Shown: piece after piece, positions 50,648-62,483 of the stretch
How the letters are laid out: each line of letters opens with the position of its first letter
How positions within the stretch are numbered: the stretch's first letter is position 1
Translations under genes and position numbers: made by a program
NCBI RefSeq assembly: GCF_001194135.2
Contig: NC_068985.1
Span: forward strand, 81,312,014-81,376,013
Length of the DNA stretch: 64,000 bases
From: Octopus bimaculoides
Taxonomy: Eukaryota
Reading direction: 5' to 3'
The notes under the pieces: model-generated
Told to the model about the DNA's origin: nothing
Database searches by the model: none
The model's input: the letters and a program-made list of their open reading frames with translations, nothing else

Positions 50648-53361
50648 TATGAATTTTTTTATTTAATCTTTAACAAAAAAATATGTATCTGAAAGGAGAA
50701 AGACAAAAATATTTTCTCAATTTACTATGCAGAATATACCAGAATTATATTTATAGCTTCTCCTTAAATTCTAAGAAATCCTTATTCTACTTGAAATTAT
50801 ATTTGAAGGGAGTGGTGTGTGTGTTCACTGAAATCCATTGGAATATATTAAAAAAAATTACTTTCAGTTTTCAATAGGATTTTATATATTATCCTCATTT
50901 CAAAACTATCAAATGATACAAAGCTACTAAAAAAAAAAATCTATACGTCATGATCTTGTGTTGGTTTGTTTGGAAACATCTGTAAGTATTCAAATTGTTT
51001 GATAAGATGTTTATATCTTTGTTTATTCATTCAAAATATTTCAATATATTTAAGGATCTCTTTTAGCTATCAAATACATCAAGTTTTCTACTTTTGAGGA
51101 TATTCTGCAAAGATGTTATCCAATACTGAAAACAAAGAGAATTAAGAAGACACAAAATGTGCTGAAGTCCTTTCAAATCTGTTGCTCATAATAACATAGG
51201 AAAAACATATATCTACCTAACGATATGAGGGCCAGCTGATTTTTATGCAAGAGGGGAAGTGTGAAGGGCAGTACCACTTAATAGAATACTAACTCTGTGT
51301 GTTTATCAACTGTTCAGTGGAATATTGAAATATGAGAACATTTATCAAGAGGGATTTTTGTTTTTTAGCTCCAGATTGGCCCTTACTGAGGAAATCTATT
51401 ATTAAAACTGTTTTAACTATAAGCATTACGTCTTCTTTAGTAAAGCATCTTATACTTAATAATTCTAATGCTATATTATCTTACATAATGTAAAATATTT
51501 TAAAGACAATATGGTGTGATTAAAGAAAATTTAGCTGTTATTTATAATAGATTGATTGGCCATGAAGGGATATCCAAGTTGGCTCAATATTATGAAGATT
51601 ATTTTGAAAAGTTGCAATATAATTTAAGAGTGTCAATTAATAAGTTTGATTTAGAAATTACGCGTTTTGAATCTTACATGTTATTTTTATTCAGAGGAGA
51701 ATTGTACAAGAGCTTATGGTGTAATAAATCTCTGTAGCAGATATATGAAGAAATTTTTTCCAGATCAATTCAAAACAGTTTGATATACATCTTCATTTTG
51801 TGATTTTTTCCTATGAATATTATGATTATTTGCTTCAGCTTAATTTGAAGAGTTGGTTATTTCAAAAAGGAATTCTAAACTTTTGATTTAGACTTTGGTT
51901 AAATCTGTTAGCGAGTTAAATATGTTTTTGCAATATTTGCAATATTGGTAATTCTTAAATAATTTTATCTGAAAATCACTGATTTTAAACCTTACAATTA
52001 TCAACTGACTCCTCTCCAAGTTATGCTTTGGTAAATAATCAAAATTTTAATAGAAAGAATCTCAAAATATTGGATTATTTATGAGAAAAATATGATGGTC
52101 TCTTATGATAATCTACCAAAGAACTCATAGAGTTGAATTTACATTTTTAGAAATAATCAGATTGCTAGTTTAAATTAAGTTAAGATGTAATTAAACACAG
52201 TCTACTAGCATGTCTTGCTACTTTTAAGGTCATAGTTTTTATCATGAAACATACCGAAATGTTCATACCAGAAAAATTAAAAAGAAAAGCTTAAGAGTTT
52301 GAAAAAGTTTGTATGCTTTAGAAGAGGCATCTGAGTTTTTGTGCCTTCAACTGAGAAACAGAAATTTATCAATTAAAAATTTTTAACTGGATCTGTTATT
52401 CCTCATTACTATACTTATTACTACATAATTGTTTTGAGATCCATAGTGACAAATAAAAGCTCCAGCTGGGTAGTGTTAAAAATAATACAGAACAGTGATT
52501 TATCTTTTTAATCCAAATTCATTAAAGTTTAAGTCCACACTAAAATATGACTGTAGTTATCAGTGACATGTGTAATGTTTGAAACATTCAGTTTGAAACT
52601 GATTGAAACATTAATTTTGTTGACTAAAATATAACAAATATTTGATGGATTAAAATAAACACAAAAGATTCATCTAAAAAAATAACACAATGCATTGTTA
52701 AAAATTAATGGAGAAAATAGTGTTTTAATGAAAAAATAATAAGTTATTCAGTAAAACAATTTGGTGATTTTATTCCAATGTTTTCCCTTAACAATTTGCA
52801 ACATTCATGAATTTGCAGGTTTTGTTTTCTTTAAATGTTCAATGTATATTGTTCAATTGGTTAACATCAACAACATTTTTAATTATGTATGCAATTGCTA
52901 CTAACATTTTTGTTGTGAAGTAAAAGCGACTGGTGCAAAAGGTCAATGCATTGTATTCCATGCCAATAAGGGACAAATTTCTTTATCAGTTGAAATTCCA
53001 AGAGAAGTGATCTATGTATTACAAAGTTAATAAGTCTGTGTATCAGATACCAAAAGAAAGCGTTTTTAAATCAATAGAAAATAGTTTATGATTCACCCTT
53101 TGGTTTTGTGATTCTTTCCCTGAATATCAGGTTTATTACTAAAGCATAAGTTGGAGGTGTTTACAGAACAGAACTTCTTATTTTAGATATATAATATTTC
53201 TGTCTAATGGGTGACCACAGTCAACGCTCCCTCCAGTGTGTAGTTTACTGCATAAAATGTGGTGTCACAATTTGGACAAATTTCTTTTCTCTTCTATCTA
53301 GTCTATGTTTGTTTGCCTGTAGATTCAAGTGTTGCATCTAAAGCAGAAACAGGCAAGGGTG
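50648..53361 (+). pseudogene. ZNFX1: Decayed ZNFX1-like (NFX1-type zinc finger, Upf1-like SF1 helicase) pseudogene
   Basis: Collinear motif matches to ZNFX1 (human sequence recalled), with many stops and frameshifts: 50648 YEF..*SLTKKYVSE ~ YKFLESLLQKDPSE; 50949 HDLVLV ~ QDLVSV; 51195 HRKNIYLPND..FL..VKG/QYHLIEY*L ~ YRTMPIYPTYNE..FL..ISGKYDSTAIYL; 51346 QEGFL ~ REGIL; 51666 FESY ~ FEAY; 51732 L*QIYEEIFSRSI ~ LQEVQEEDVPFQRNI; 52115 TKEL ~ TREL; 53001 REVIYVLQS**V ~ QEDLHILKDAQV; 53210 GDHSQ ~ GDHQQ; 53266 HNLDKFLF ~ FNLEVSLF; 53338 LKQKQARV ~ LNYQHRM. Walker A is not recognisable. Confidence 0.65.
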
Positions 53362-53629
53362 AACTCATTTAGAGTATAACAAATTTTAATTCTATCAATT
53401 ATAGAATGAATGTCAATGCATTTGGAGTTAATGAGAGCATAGGTGGTACTGTTTTTTGCTTACCTGACTGGTTTTGTAGCTTTAATATGATATACTGAAG
53501 ATGTACTTGGATGTGTAGGGGTGAGTGATTGTGCATATAATGGCATTGGCTGTGAGTGTTGATCTTGTTGAAACAACACACTGTGCCTCCCACGTGTCCA
53601 AGTTGTTTTTTTTATATTTTAAGCATTTC

Positions 53630-53830
53630 ATTGTTGCTGTTGTTTAGCCCCATTAACTTTCCTTAAGTATAATTATATTCCAGTCATGACCATCCAATCT
53701 TTTTGAGTAGTATCTAGATCTACAATGTTTAGCATGCCATTTCCTTTCTATTTTGAGAGTTTTTAGTTTCAAGGGAGATTTGGCTGCTATCTCTTGCAAT
53801 TAAAGTGACTGCACAGAGGCTCCATCAGGG
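53630..53830 (-). mobile_element. Degraded SINE-like repeat (family E)
   Basis: gttgtttagcccc...ccagtcatgaccatcc...gggagatttggctgctat. The gagatttggctgc.att block recurs at ~43765. Confidence 0.45.
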
Positions 53831-54364
53831 TTGTGTATTTCTTGTTTCATGTCGTTGTGTATGAGGTTTGTGGATTTAAGCTTTTTTAAAAATGTTTGTA
53901 TGTTTTAGTCCAAAGAAGAAAGACAATGTCCATAACCTTTACATAACCTCTGAGATTGGGGTGGGGGAAGGGAGAAAGAAAACAACTCATCCACATCATG
54001 ATACCAAGTTACTCTTCAGACCTTGCAACAGAGTGACTTTGGCAAAAAGTACTGGAAGTTGTGGTGTTATGCTGGGCAGTGGAATTAGGCCTGTTATCCC
54101 AAGAATATTTGTGAGCTGTCTGTAGTATTAAGAACTTTGCTGCATTGTGATATTTGTAGTTTGTTGCCTTTTTTACTTGAAAGTTTGGTGTGTGTGGGGG
54201 GGGAGTAGGGACTCGAGAAGACCAGCAAAATCTATAATGGATGTAATATATTGTTTCTGCACTTGTGTTGTTGTTTGATTAGCTTATCATATCTTATTAG
54301 CATAGTTGCTTCAATATTTCATAATAGCCTGGTTACTTCTATAGCATGATTCTCTCTCTCTCTC

Positions 54365-54563
54365 TCTTTTACTCTTTTACTTGTTTCAGTCATTTGACTG
54401 TGGCCATGCTGGAGCACCGCCTTTAGTCGAGCAAATCGACCCCAGGACTTATTCTTTGTAAGCTTAGTACTTATTCTGTTGGCCTCTTCTGCTGAACACA
54501 CTAGCATCGGTTGTCAAGCGATTGTGGGGGGACAAACACAGACACACAAACATATACACACAC

Positions 54564-54596
<33 letters not shown>

Positions 54597-54789
54597 NNNN
54601 NNNNNNNNNNNNNNNNNNNNNNNNTATATACGACGGGCTTCTTTCAGTTTCCGTCTATCAAATCCACTCACAAGGCTTTGGTCAGCCTGAGGCTATAGTA
54701 GAAGACACTTGCCCAAGGTGCCACGCAGTGGGACTGAACCTGGAGCCATGTGGTTGGTAAGCAAGCTACTTACCACACAGCCACTCCTT
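54365..54789 (-). mobile_element. Young SINE family A (contains a small gap)
   Basis: CpG-rich near-consensus copy running from actcttttacttgtttcagtc to taccacacagccactcc. Confidence 0.95.
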
Positions 54790-55084
54790 TGTTTTATATA
54801 TTTTTACCTTTAATTTATTGTTATGCTTATCTATGTACATCATACAATAATTCTACTTGTATCTATTTTATCTGTCTGTTTTTCATAAAACATCCAGTGT
54901 CACATCACTTATTCCCAATCAAGTTCATGTTTTACACTCTGGTGTATGCCAAATGAAAATGTCTTCATGTACACAGAAGAAAAACCTATGTTCCTTGAAT
55001 TTATTTAATGAAACTTAATCACTTCATGCTAAAGTATTTCTAGCATTAACTCCATTAATTCTCAGGGTCACAGAACAAAGCTAT

Positions 55085-55517
55085 CATGACAGCCATCATA
55101 ATTTCCATCACTATCATCGTTTTAACATCCACTTTTCTAAGCTTGCTTGAGTCAGATAATCTTTCTATGGCCAGATGCCATTCCTGTCACCATGTTTCAC
55201 TTATTTTCATGCAAAGTAATATTTTTCCAATTCAAAACATGCTTTCACAGTGATTAATAATGAATGACACTACTTGTATGGCAGTGACAATCATTTACAA
55301 CCATCACATTATGTCAAGACAAAGTAATGCAAACAGACGTACACATATACGATAGGTATCTTTCAATTTCTATTTACCAAATCCACTTACAGGACTTTCA
55401 TTGGTTTCAGGCAATAGTAGGAAACATTTATCCAAGGTGGCTCACAGCAGAATTGAACCTGAAACTATATGGTTGCTAAGTAAGCTTCTTAACCACACAA
55501 CTATGTCTGTGCCTATG
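55085..55517 (-). mobile_element. SINE with family A head and RTE-like (GAT)n tail
   Basis: Head ataggcacagacatagttgtgtggttaagaagctt, a different body (cttgacataatgtgatggttgtaaatg), and tail agcttagaaaagtggatgttaaaacgatgatagtgatg. Confidence 0.7.
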
Positions 55518-55741
55518 ATAAAAATTAAAAAAAATTTTTTTTCATCAAAAAAGCAATTAATTTTCTCCTCTGCAGTTGCATTCTCTGCTATAAACTGAAA
55601 GATAATCTTGCTTTTTGCTTTGACTATTTTTCTTTACCAGTTTTAATGCTTTGTCTTAAGTTTAGTTACTTTGATACTTTGTTGTGTAATTTCATTTCTC
55701 ATTTAATTTTCATCCATATAAACAACATGCACAAACATTGT

Positions 55742-55978
55742 ATCATCATCATCACAATCTAACGTCCATTGTCCATGCTGGCATGGATTGGACAGTTTGA
55801 CCAGAGCTGGCAAACTGGGGGAGCTGCACCAGACTCCAGTATGATGGTTTCTACAGCTGGATGCCTTTCCTAACACCAACCACTTTACGGAGTGTGCTGG
55901 GTTCTTTTACATGGCACCACACGGGCACTTTTATGTGGCACAACACAGGCACTTTTACATAGCACTGCATGGGCACTA
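55742..55978 (-). mobile_element. RTE-type 3' end
   Basis: (ATC)n, aacgtcc..tccatgctggcatgga.tggacagtttgac, ggatgcctttcctaac, and three ~21-bp cttttacatggcac units. Confidence 0.8.
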
Positions 55979-56429
55979 AACCTGTGAAACTCCAAGAAGA
56001 TTTGTCCTGGACTCTGCTGAACCATCCAGTTCATGTTGTCATGGTGAGTGGATGGACACACTATATCACTGGATCCACTTGCTCAACCCACTCCATCACC
56101 ATTATCTTGTTGTATGCTCATTCTTCTTCGCACCAATCATTAATATTACTCTTCCTCTTTCCCTCTCTCTTGTCTCTATTTTCCCCACCCCGACACACTC
56201 CCTCTGTTATTCTTTCCATTACCACACTCTTACAACAATAAATCTGCTCCATCCATCATTGGGAACTTCTTTCATTTTACCAACTACAAGATGAGATCCC
56301 CTTGCACATAGACACAATTCTGCTTGTGCCACAAAAATCACTCTGTAAGTAGTTGGTAATTGATACAAGCACTGACAACGCAGGGCTTGAGTGGCCTCTT
56401 TAGTCTTGCTGATGACAAAGCAAACTTCA

Positions 56430-56620
56430 TACTGCTGGTGCCATGACAAAATGCAACCAGTACACTTTGTAAAGTAGTTGGCATTAGATCTAGTCATAGA
56501 AACCATACAAAAAGTGAGACACTGGGACATGACATGGTCCTCCATTCTGTTGGAGCCAGTCAAATAGCCCAAACTATGAAAGAATAGAAAACAAGCCTAA
56601 AATGATAATGATGATGATGA
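56430..56620 (+). mobile_element. RTE-type 3' end, degraded
   Basis: gctggtgccatg..aaaatgcaaccagtacactttgtaaagtagttggcattag...agaaacc...atgatgatgatg. Confidence 0.6.
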
Positions 56621-56639
56621 TGGTGGTGGCAGTAGTGGT

Positions 56640-57035
56640 GGGAGTGGTCGTGTGGTAACAAGTTTGTTTCCCAACCGCATGGTTTCTGGTTCATTCCCAT
56701 AGCATGGCATCTTGAGCAAGTGTCTTCAAGTATAACCATGGGCTGACCAAAGTCTTGTGAGGAGACTTGATAAACAGAAACTGAAAGAAACCCATATACA
56801 TGTGTGTGTGTGTGTGTGTGTATTTGTCATGTTTGTGTTTGTTCCCCATCACTACTTGACAATCAGTGTTGGTTTGTTTACATTCTCATAACTTAGCAGT
56901 TCGACAAAATAAACCCAATAGGATGAGTACCAGGCTTAAAAAAAAAGTATTGGGGTCAATTTGATTAACTAAACTCTCCAAGACAGTCACAGCCTTGTCA
57001 CGGTTCAATGACAGAAACAAGGGAAAGATATAAAT
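56640..57035 (+). mobile_element. SINE family A, degraded
   Basis: gtggtcgtgtggtaacaagtttgtttcccaaccgcatgg...aatgacagaaacaagggaaagata. Confidence 0.8.
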
Positions 57036-57048
57036 AATACATTACAAA

Positions 57049-57250
57049 AATATACACAAACACTGTACATATTTAACAAATGTAAGATAAATGTTGTACG
57101 TAATTAACAAATATATGCAAATGTTGTATGTAATTAGCGAGCATAAAACAAATATTGTACATTGTATATAAATGATGTTCTCTAATATCCAACGAAAAGT
57201 GTACATATTTAGCTAATATACATAAACATTGTGTGTACTTAGCAAATATA
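57049..57250. repeat. Degenerate ~30-bp minisatellite
   Basis: Units such as aaatatacacaaacactgtacatatttaac / aaatatatgcaaatgttgtatgtaattagc / taatatacataaacattgtgtgtacttagc. Confidence 0.65.
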
Positions 57251-57389
57251 CACATATATAATTAATGAAAATATAAAGGAAAGGAAAATGAGACCAGCAT
57301 CATTCATGGCTTTCTTCAAATCCATATTTTTGCGATTACAAATTATTGACAAAATACAAAATTGAGTAACTTGGAATAGTTGATGGATA

Positions 57390-58640
57390 TATCATCATCA
57401 TCATTGTTTAACGGCTGCTTTCCATGCTGGCATGGGTTGGACAGTTTGACTGAAAACTAGTAACCAGGGGATTTGCACCAAGTTCCTATCTGATTTGGCA
57501 AGGTTTCTGTGGCTGGATGCCCTTCCTAACGTCAACCACTCCAAGAGTATAGTGGGTACTTTTACGTGCCACTGGCATGGGTGCCAGTCAGATGGCACTG
57601 GCATCGACTACGACTGTGGATTCACTTAGCTTGCTAAGTCTTCTCAGCACAGCATATCGACCAACATTTGAAGGGTGCTTTTTACGTGCCAGTTACGTGA
57701 CACTGGCATCAGCCACGATTATGATCTCACTTGGCTTGATGGGTCTTCTCAAGCGTGGCATATCACCAAAGGTCTCAGTTACTTGCCATTGTCTCTGTGA
57801 GACCCAACATTTGAAGACAATGCTTCACCATCTCGTCCCATGTCTTCTTGGGTCTACCTCTACCACAGGTTCCCTCTACCTTTAGACTGTGGCACATCTT
57901 CACACAACTGTCCTCATCCATACACATCACAGGACCATACCAGTGCAGTTGTCTCTCTTGCATACCACATCTGATGCCTTTTGTGCTCAACTTTCCTCTC
58001 AGGATGCTTACACTCTGTCGTACATGGACACTGACATTACACATCCAGCGAAGCATACTAGCTTCATTTTTTACAAGCCTACGCATGTCCTCAGCAGTCG
58101 CAGCCCAAGTTTCACTGTCGTGTAGCATGGCTGATTGCAAACTGATATCATACAGTCTGCCTTTCACTCTGAGCGAGAGGCCCTTTTTACCAGCAGAGGT
58201 AGGAGCTCTCTGAACTTTGCCCAGCCTATACTTATTTGTGCAGTTATGCTCTCCGAGCATCCATCCCACTACTGACTTGGTTGCCTAGGTAACAGAAGCT
58301 ATTAACTACTTCTAGTTTTCCTCCCGGCATGTGATGGTATTTGTTTCCTGTACATTTTTAGTGTTAATTGTACCTGTATATCTTCCACACACAAAAACTA
58401 TTTTCCTTGTTAACCTTCCTCTGATATTGCTGCACCTCTTATGTGTCCATAGCTTACATCAAATACATCTTATGGAGTTTTTATCTATGCCTTTTCTAAA
58501 GACTGAGCAGGGCAATCTACCTGAAAGGATCTGTGATTTGTCTGCCTTCCTACTTACTAAAACTTTGTTTTTGCTAGGTTAACTCTAAGGCACTTCGATT
58601 TTAGACCTTGCTTCCACACCTGAAACTTCTCTAGTTCTAG
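57390..58640 (-). mobile_element. 5'-truncated RTE-clade LINE (RT C-terminus + 3' UTR + (GAT)n)
   Basis: KFQVWKQGLKSKCLRVNLAKTK at ~58560-58630. ORF 57775-58269 contains LSLRVKGRLY..MLHDSETWA..MLRWMC..ERQLHWYG..GRGRPKKTW. The tail is aagcagccgttaaacaatgatgatgat. Confidence 0.92.
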
Positions 58641-58654
58641 AAATACATGCATAC

Positions 58655-58701
<47 letters not shown>

Positions 58702-59009
58702 NNNNNNNNNNNNNNNNNNNNNNNNNNNNNNNNNNNNNNNNNNNNNNNNNNNNNNNNNNNNNNNNNNNNNNNNNNNNNNNNNNNNNNNNNNNNNNNNNNN
58801 NNNNNNNNNNNNNNNNNNNNNNNNNNNNNNNNNNNNNNNNNNNNNNNNNNNNNNNNNNNNNNNNNNNNNNNNNNNNNNNNNNNNNNNNNNNNNNNNNNNN
58901 NNNNNNNNNNNNNNNNNNNNNNNNNNNNNNNNNNNNNNNNNNNNNNNNNNNNNNNNNNNNNNNNNNNNNNNNNNNNNNNNNNNNATATATATATATATAT
59001 ATATATATA

Positions 59010-59148
59010 ATGGACTTCTTTCAATTTCCATCTGATGAATCCACTTACAAGGCTTTGGTCAGCCTGAAGCTACAGTAGGTGCCACACAATGGGACTGAAT
59101 CCAGAACCATGTGGTTGGGAAGCAAGCTTCTTACCACACAGCCACACC
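59010..59148 (-). mobile_element. 5' half of SINE family A
   Basis: ggctttggtcagcctgaagc..gggactgaatccagaaccatgtggttgggaagcaagcttcttaccacacagccacacc. Confidence 0.85.
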
Positions 59149-61260
59149 GTTTATGTTAATCTGATTTCTGGTTTAACACTATTTCTGATCCTTGGCTACC
59201 ATTAGTGGAGCCATTTTTAATGGACCCCCTTCTGCCTCCTCCTCATCGTCATCATCATCATCTCACTCCTTTTCCTCCTCCCTCCTCCTTCCCATTTACT
59301 TTAAGTTCACTTTTCAGTCATATTTGAGTGGAGTGGATGGTTTGACACCATCCAAAAGATCTGGGGATCATGTCTCTCTCAAATATTTCAGTTTTGGCAT
59401 GGTTTATATGTCTGGATGATCTTCTCAACTCTGTTCAATTCTCTAGATTTTAGTTTGAGACTGAGTAGCAAATAAGCTTATTCCATTTGTAGGTGTTCAA
59501 AAAAACAAAAACGAAAAAGAACCAGTTATATGGTGATCACTTTTCAAATTACTGAAAGAGTTCAAAATGAATAAATGGAAGCAATGATAGTGACTGGCAA
59601 GTGTTTACAAAACTGGAACACATTTGTCAAGTTTAATATTTCAATGACAAATCAAATAAGTTAATGCTCTCCTGGAAACCAACAAAAAGAAAGTAATTAA
59701 ATATCTAATTTCTCAAATAATACAAGACTGAGATGAAGGGAAAAGATCAAGAAATTAGTGTAAGTGTATAAGATTTTTCACATGTTTTTAGTTAGCTAGC
59801 AGAACAAAAAGGTTATAAGCTTTGTAATCATCAATTATTTGTTAGCAGCTGATGATGCCTCAATTAATGTCTTCACTTTCTTTCTCATGCTTATATTTAA
59901 GGTAAATATTTAAGAAACATTTAAGAAACTGCTAATAACTTTAAATTAATGATTAGTTAATTAAATTGTCTTTCATTCAATACTTTGACTCCTTCTAATA
60001 TGATAAGGTCAATGAAGTCAGCTAAGTGTAATTAAACTGATATTTATTGTCGCAATAATCTGTAGAGTTTTATTCATGTACATTTTGTCTATATTATTCT
60101 CACATAGAAATTAATAATTTTTTGTTTAAATGATGATTTTTAGATTAAATGATTTACTTAAGAACATCAAATATACATAACAATACCGAATCCATGCATA
60201 TTTATTGGCTGGTACTCTATTTAGAGTTTATATAAAAGGAAAACAGCATTTTAATGAAAATGATATCTACATTAATAGTATTTATATCTTCCTATTGTAA
60301 TACCTTGACAAGTAAAATTATATCTTAACTCAAACATGGTGGACTGTGAACAAGGTAGGGTTGTTGTGGATGCAAATGCCTTTCAATAACAATGAGTAAA
60401 AACGGTTTTGTAAAGAAAATATGTCTGAAATAGTTACTGCATTCTTTAATTTAAAAGAAAATGAGAGTTTAATAGAGTTAGATATGTGATGCCAGAACAG
60501 CAGCTTGTTAAAAAAGTGTAGGATGTTGAAATTTTAATCCCCTGAAATTTTAATCAATAAGAATTTAACTGATGAAAATTATAAAAATCTGAGATGTGAT
60601 AAAAAAAAAAAAAAAGTGAAAATCTAAGCCAACCTCAATCAAGGTCAAATACACCTAAAAATACAAAATTTGGGAACTGCATAGTTTCCATGTAATGTGC
60701 ATTTTTATAATAACCCTTGTCACAAGTAGATAAAATGAAAGGGCCAGTGGAAAACCAAATTATGCTTACTATTTTTTTTTAATGTAGTAGTGGTTGGGAG
60801 AGAAGATAAATTACCATTGTTATGGAGTTATTTTATAGGTTCCATTACCTGTGCTTTTGATATTCTTTTTAAGTGCCCTGTCTTTTATATCCCTTTTAAT
60901 AAGACTATCAATTCCTTTATCATTTCCAAAATGTACCCTTTACATAATACATCAGGTTCAGGCAATGGGTTTCAGTTTGCAGTGACTTAGGCCATAGATA
61001 ACCTGTTAAGTACTGCCTGACACATTGAATCTGGTTTTAGGTGTAATACCTGTAAATTAGAGTTCTTACAGAGAGGGGACTAGCAACCTTCTTCCTGATG
61101 GGGATTACTCTAGAATTAACAAAGGAGAGATGAGCTTTTCCTGCTTAATGAAACTAAGATGGTTTTAAACTTATAAACTTGTGTAGCACCATGGTGAAGA
61201 AGGAAAAAATTATATGGATGCAAACTCTATTTTGTTTCTTCATTATTTAAGAGTGGAAAA

Positions 61261-61913
61261 AGGTGGTGAGCTGGCAGAATCGTTAGCATGCCAGGCAAAA
61301 TGCTTAGTGGCTTTTTGTCCATCTTCATGTCCTGGAGTTCAAATTCCACTGAGATTGACTTTGCTGTTCATCCTTTGAGGGTCAATAAAATAAGTACCAG
61401 TTACATACTGGGGTCGATATAATCGACTAGTCCCCCACAAAAAGTTCAGGCCTTGTGCCTTTAGTAGAAAGGATTATTTAAGAGTAGAAAGGAGGTGCAC
61501 TGGTAGAATCGTTAGTGCATCAGGGAAAATGCTTAGCAACATTTTGTCTGGTTTTTGACTTTCTGAGCTCAAATTCCACTGAGGCTGATTTATCCTTTAA
61601 TCCTTTCTAGTATCATTTATTTGAGCACTGGGGTCAGTGTAATTGGCTTGCCATCTATTCAAAATTGCTGGCCTTGTGCCAATATTAGAAAGAATTATCA
61701 TTAAAGGCAGCTAGTGAGCAGAATTGTTAGCATGCCAGAAAAATACTTAGCAGCTTTTCACCTGGCTTTTCTGAGTTTAAATCCTGTCAAGGACGACTTT
61801 GCCTTTCATCCTTTCAGAGTCAGCAAAATCAGAACCAGCCAAGAACTGAGGTCGATGTAATCAGCTAGCCCCCTCCCAGAAAATTTTCACTCCCCATATC
61901 TATAACAGAAAAA
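61261..61913 (+). mobile_element. Three head-to-tail SINE family B copies
   Basis: Copies at ~61261-61472, 61491-61700 and 61703-61913, each with gcagaat.gttagc...aaatgcttag...aaattcc...cctttcatccttt. Confidence 0.85.
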
Positions 61914-62005
61914 ATTATTTAAGAGTGGTTTGGACAAAAAATTTTCACTAACGTTTTTAATTTTCTTTTGAGGATGCCTGATATCTGTCAGTTTGAGAAT
62001 GTCTA

Positions 62006-62052
<47 letters not shown>

Positions 62053-62177
62053 ATATATATATATATATATATATACGTATAAGATAAGGATATAATCATA
62101 AAATGATTATATCAGTGGCCTAGCACTTAAAAATGTCCATATAGATAACATTAATTTTTTTATGTATATTATTATAG

Positions 62178-62483
62178 AGGTGTGATTATTGTTAAGGGCT
62201 ACTGTAAATGACCATCACCAATGCTAGAATGAGGTGTCAAATACCTACAATCCAGTCTACAATTTGTTCTCTATATTCAACCGCAGGTACGAACATGAAG
62301 GAATGAGCAAGAAAATACAATTAGAATTATCCAATATTTTTTGGATTTTCTTGCTCATTCTCTTGTGTTTGTACCTGTAGTTGAATATAAAGAACAAATT
62401 GTAGACTGGATTATAGGTATTTGGTACCTATTTCTAGCATTGGCAATGGTCATTTACAGTAGCCCTTAACTATAATTATACCT
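62178..62483. repeat. Long inverted repeat (143-bp arms, 20-nt loop)
   Basis: 62178-62320 is the reverse complement of 62341-62483 at roughly 85-90% identity. Confidence 0.92.

Noticed and set aside
51516-51737. 73-aa ORF as a stand-alone small gene
   Set aside because: Better explained as an open stretch of the ZNFX1-like pseudogene; its TAG aligns with a Gln.
59318-59470. Open frame IFEWSGWFDTIQKIWG.. after a good acceptor
   Set aside because: No recognisable family and no convincing donor.
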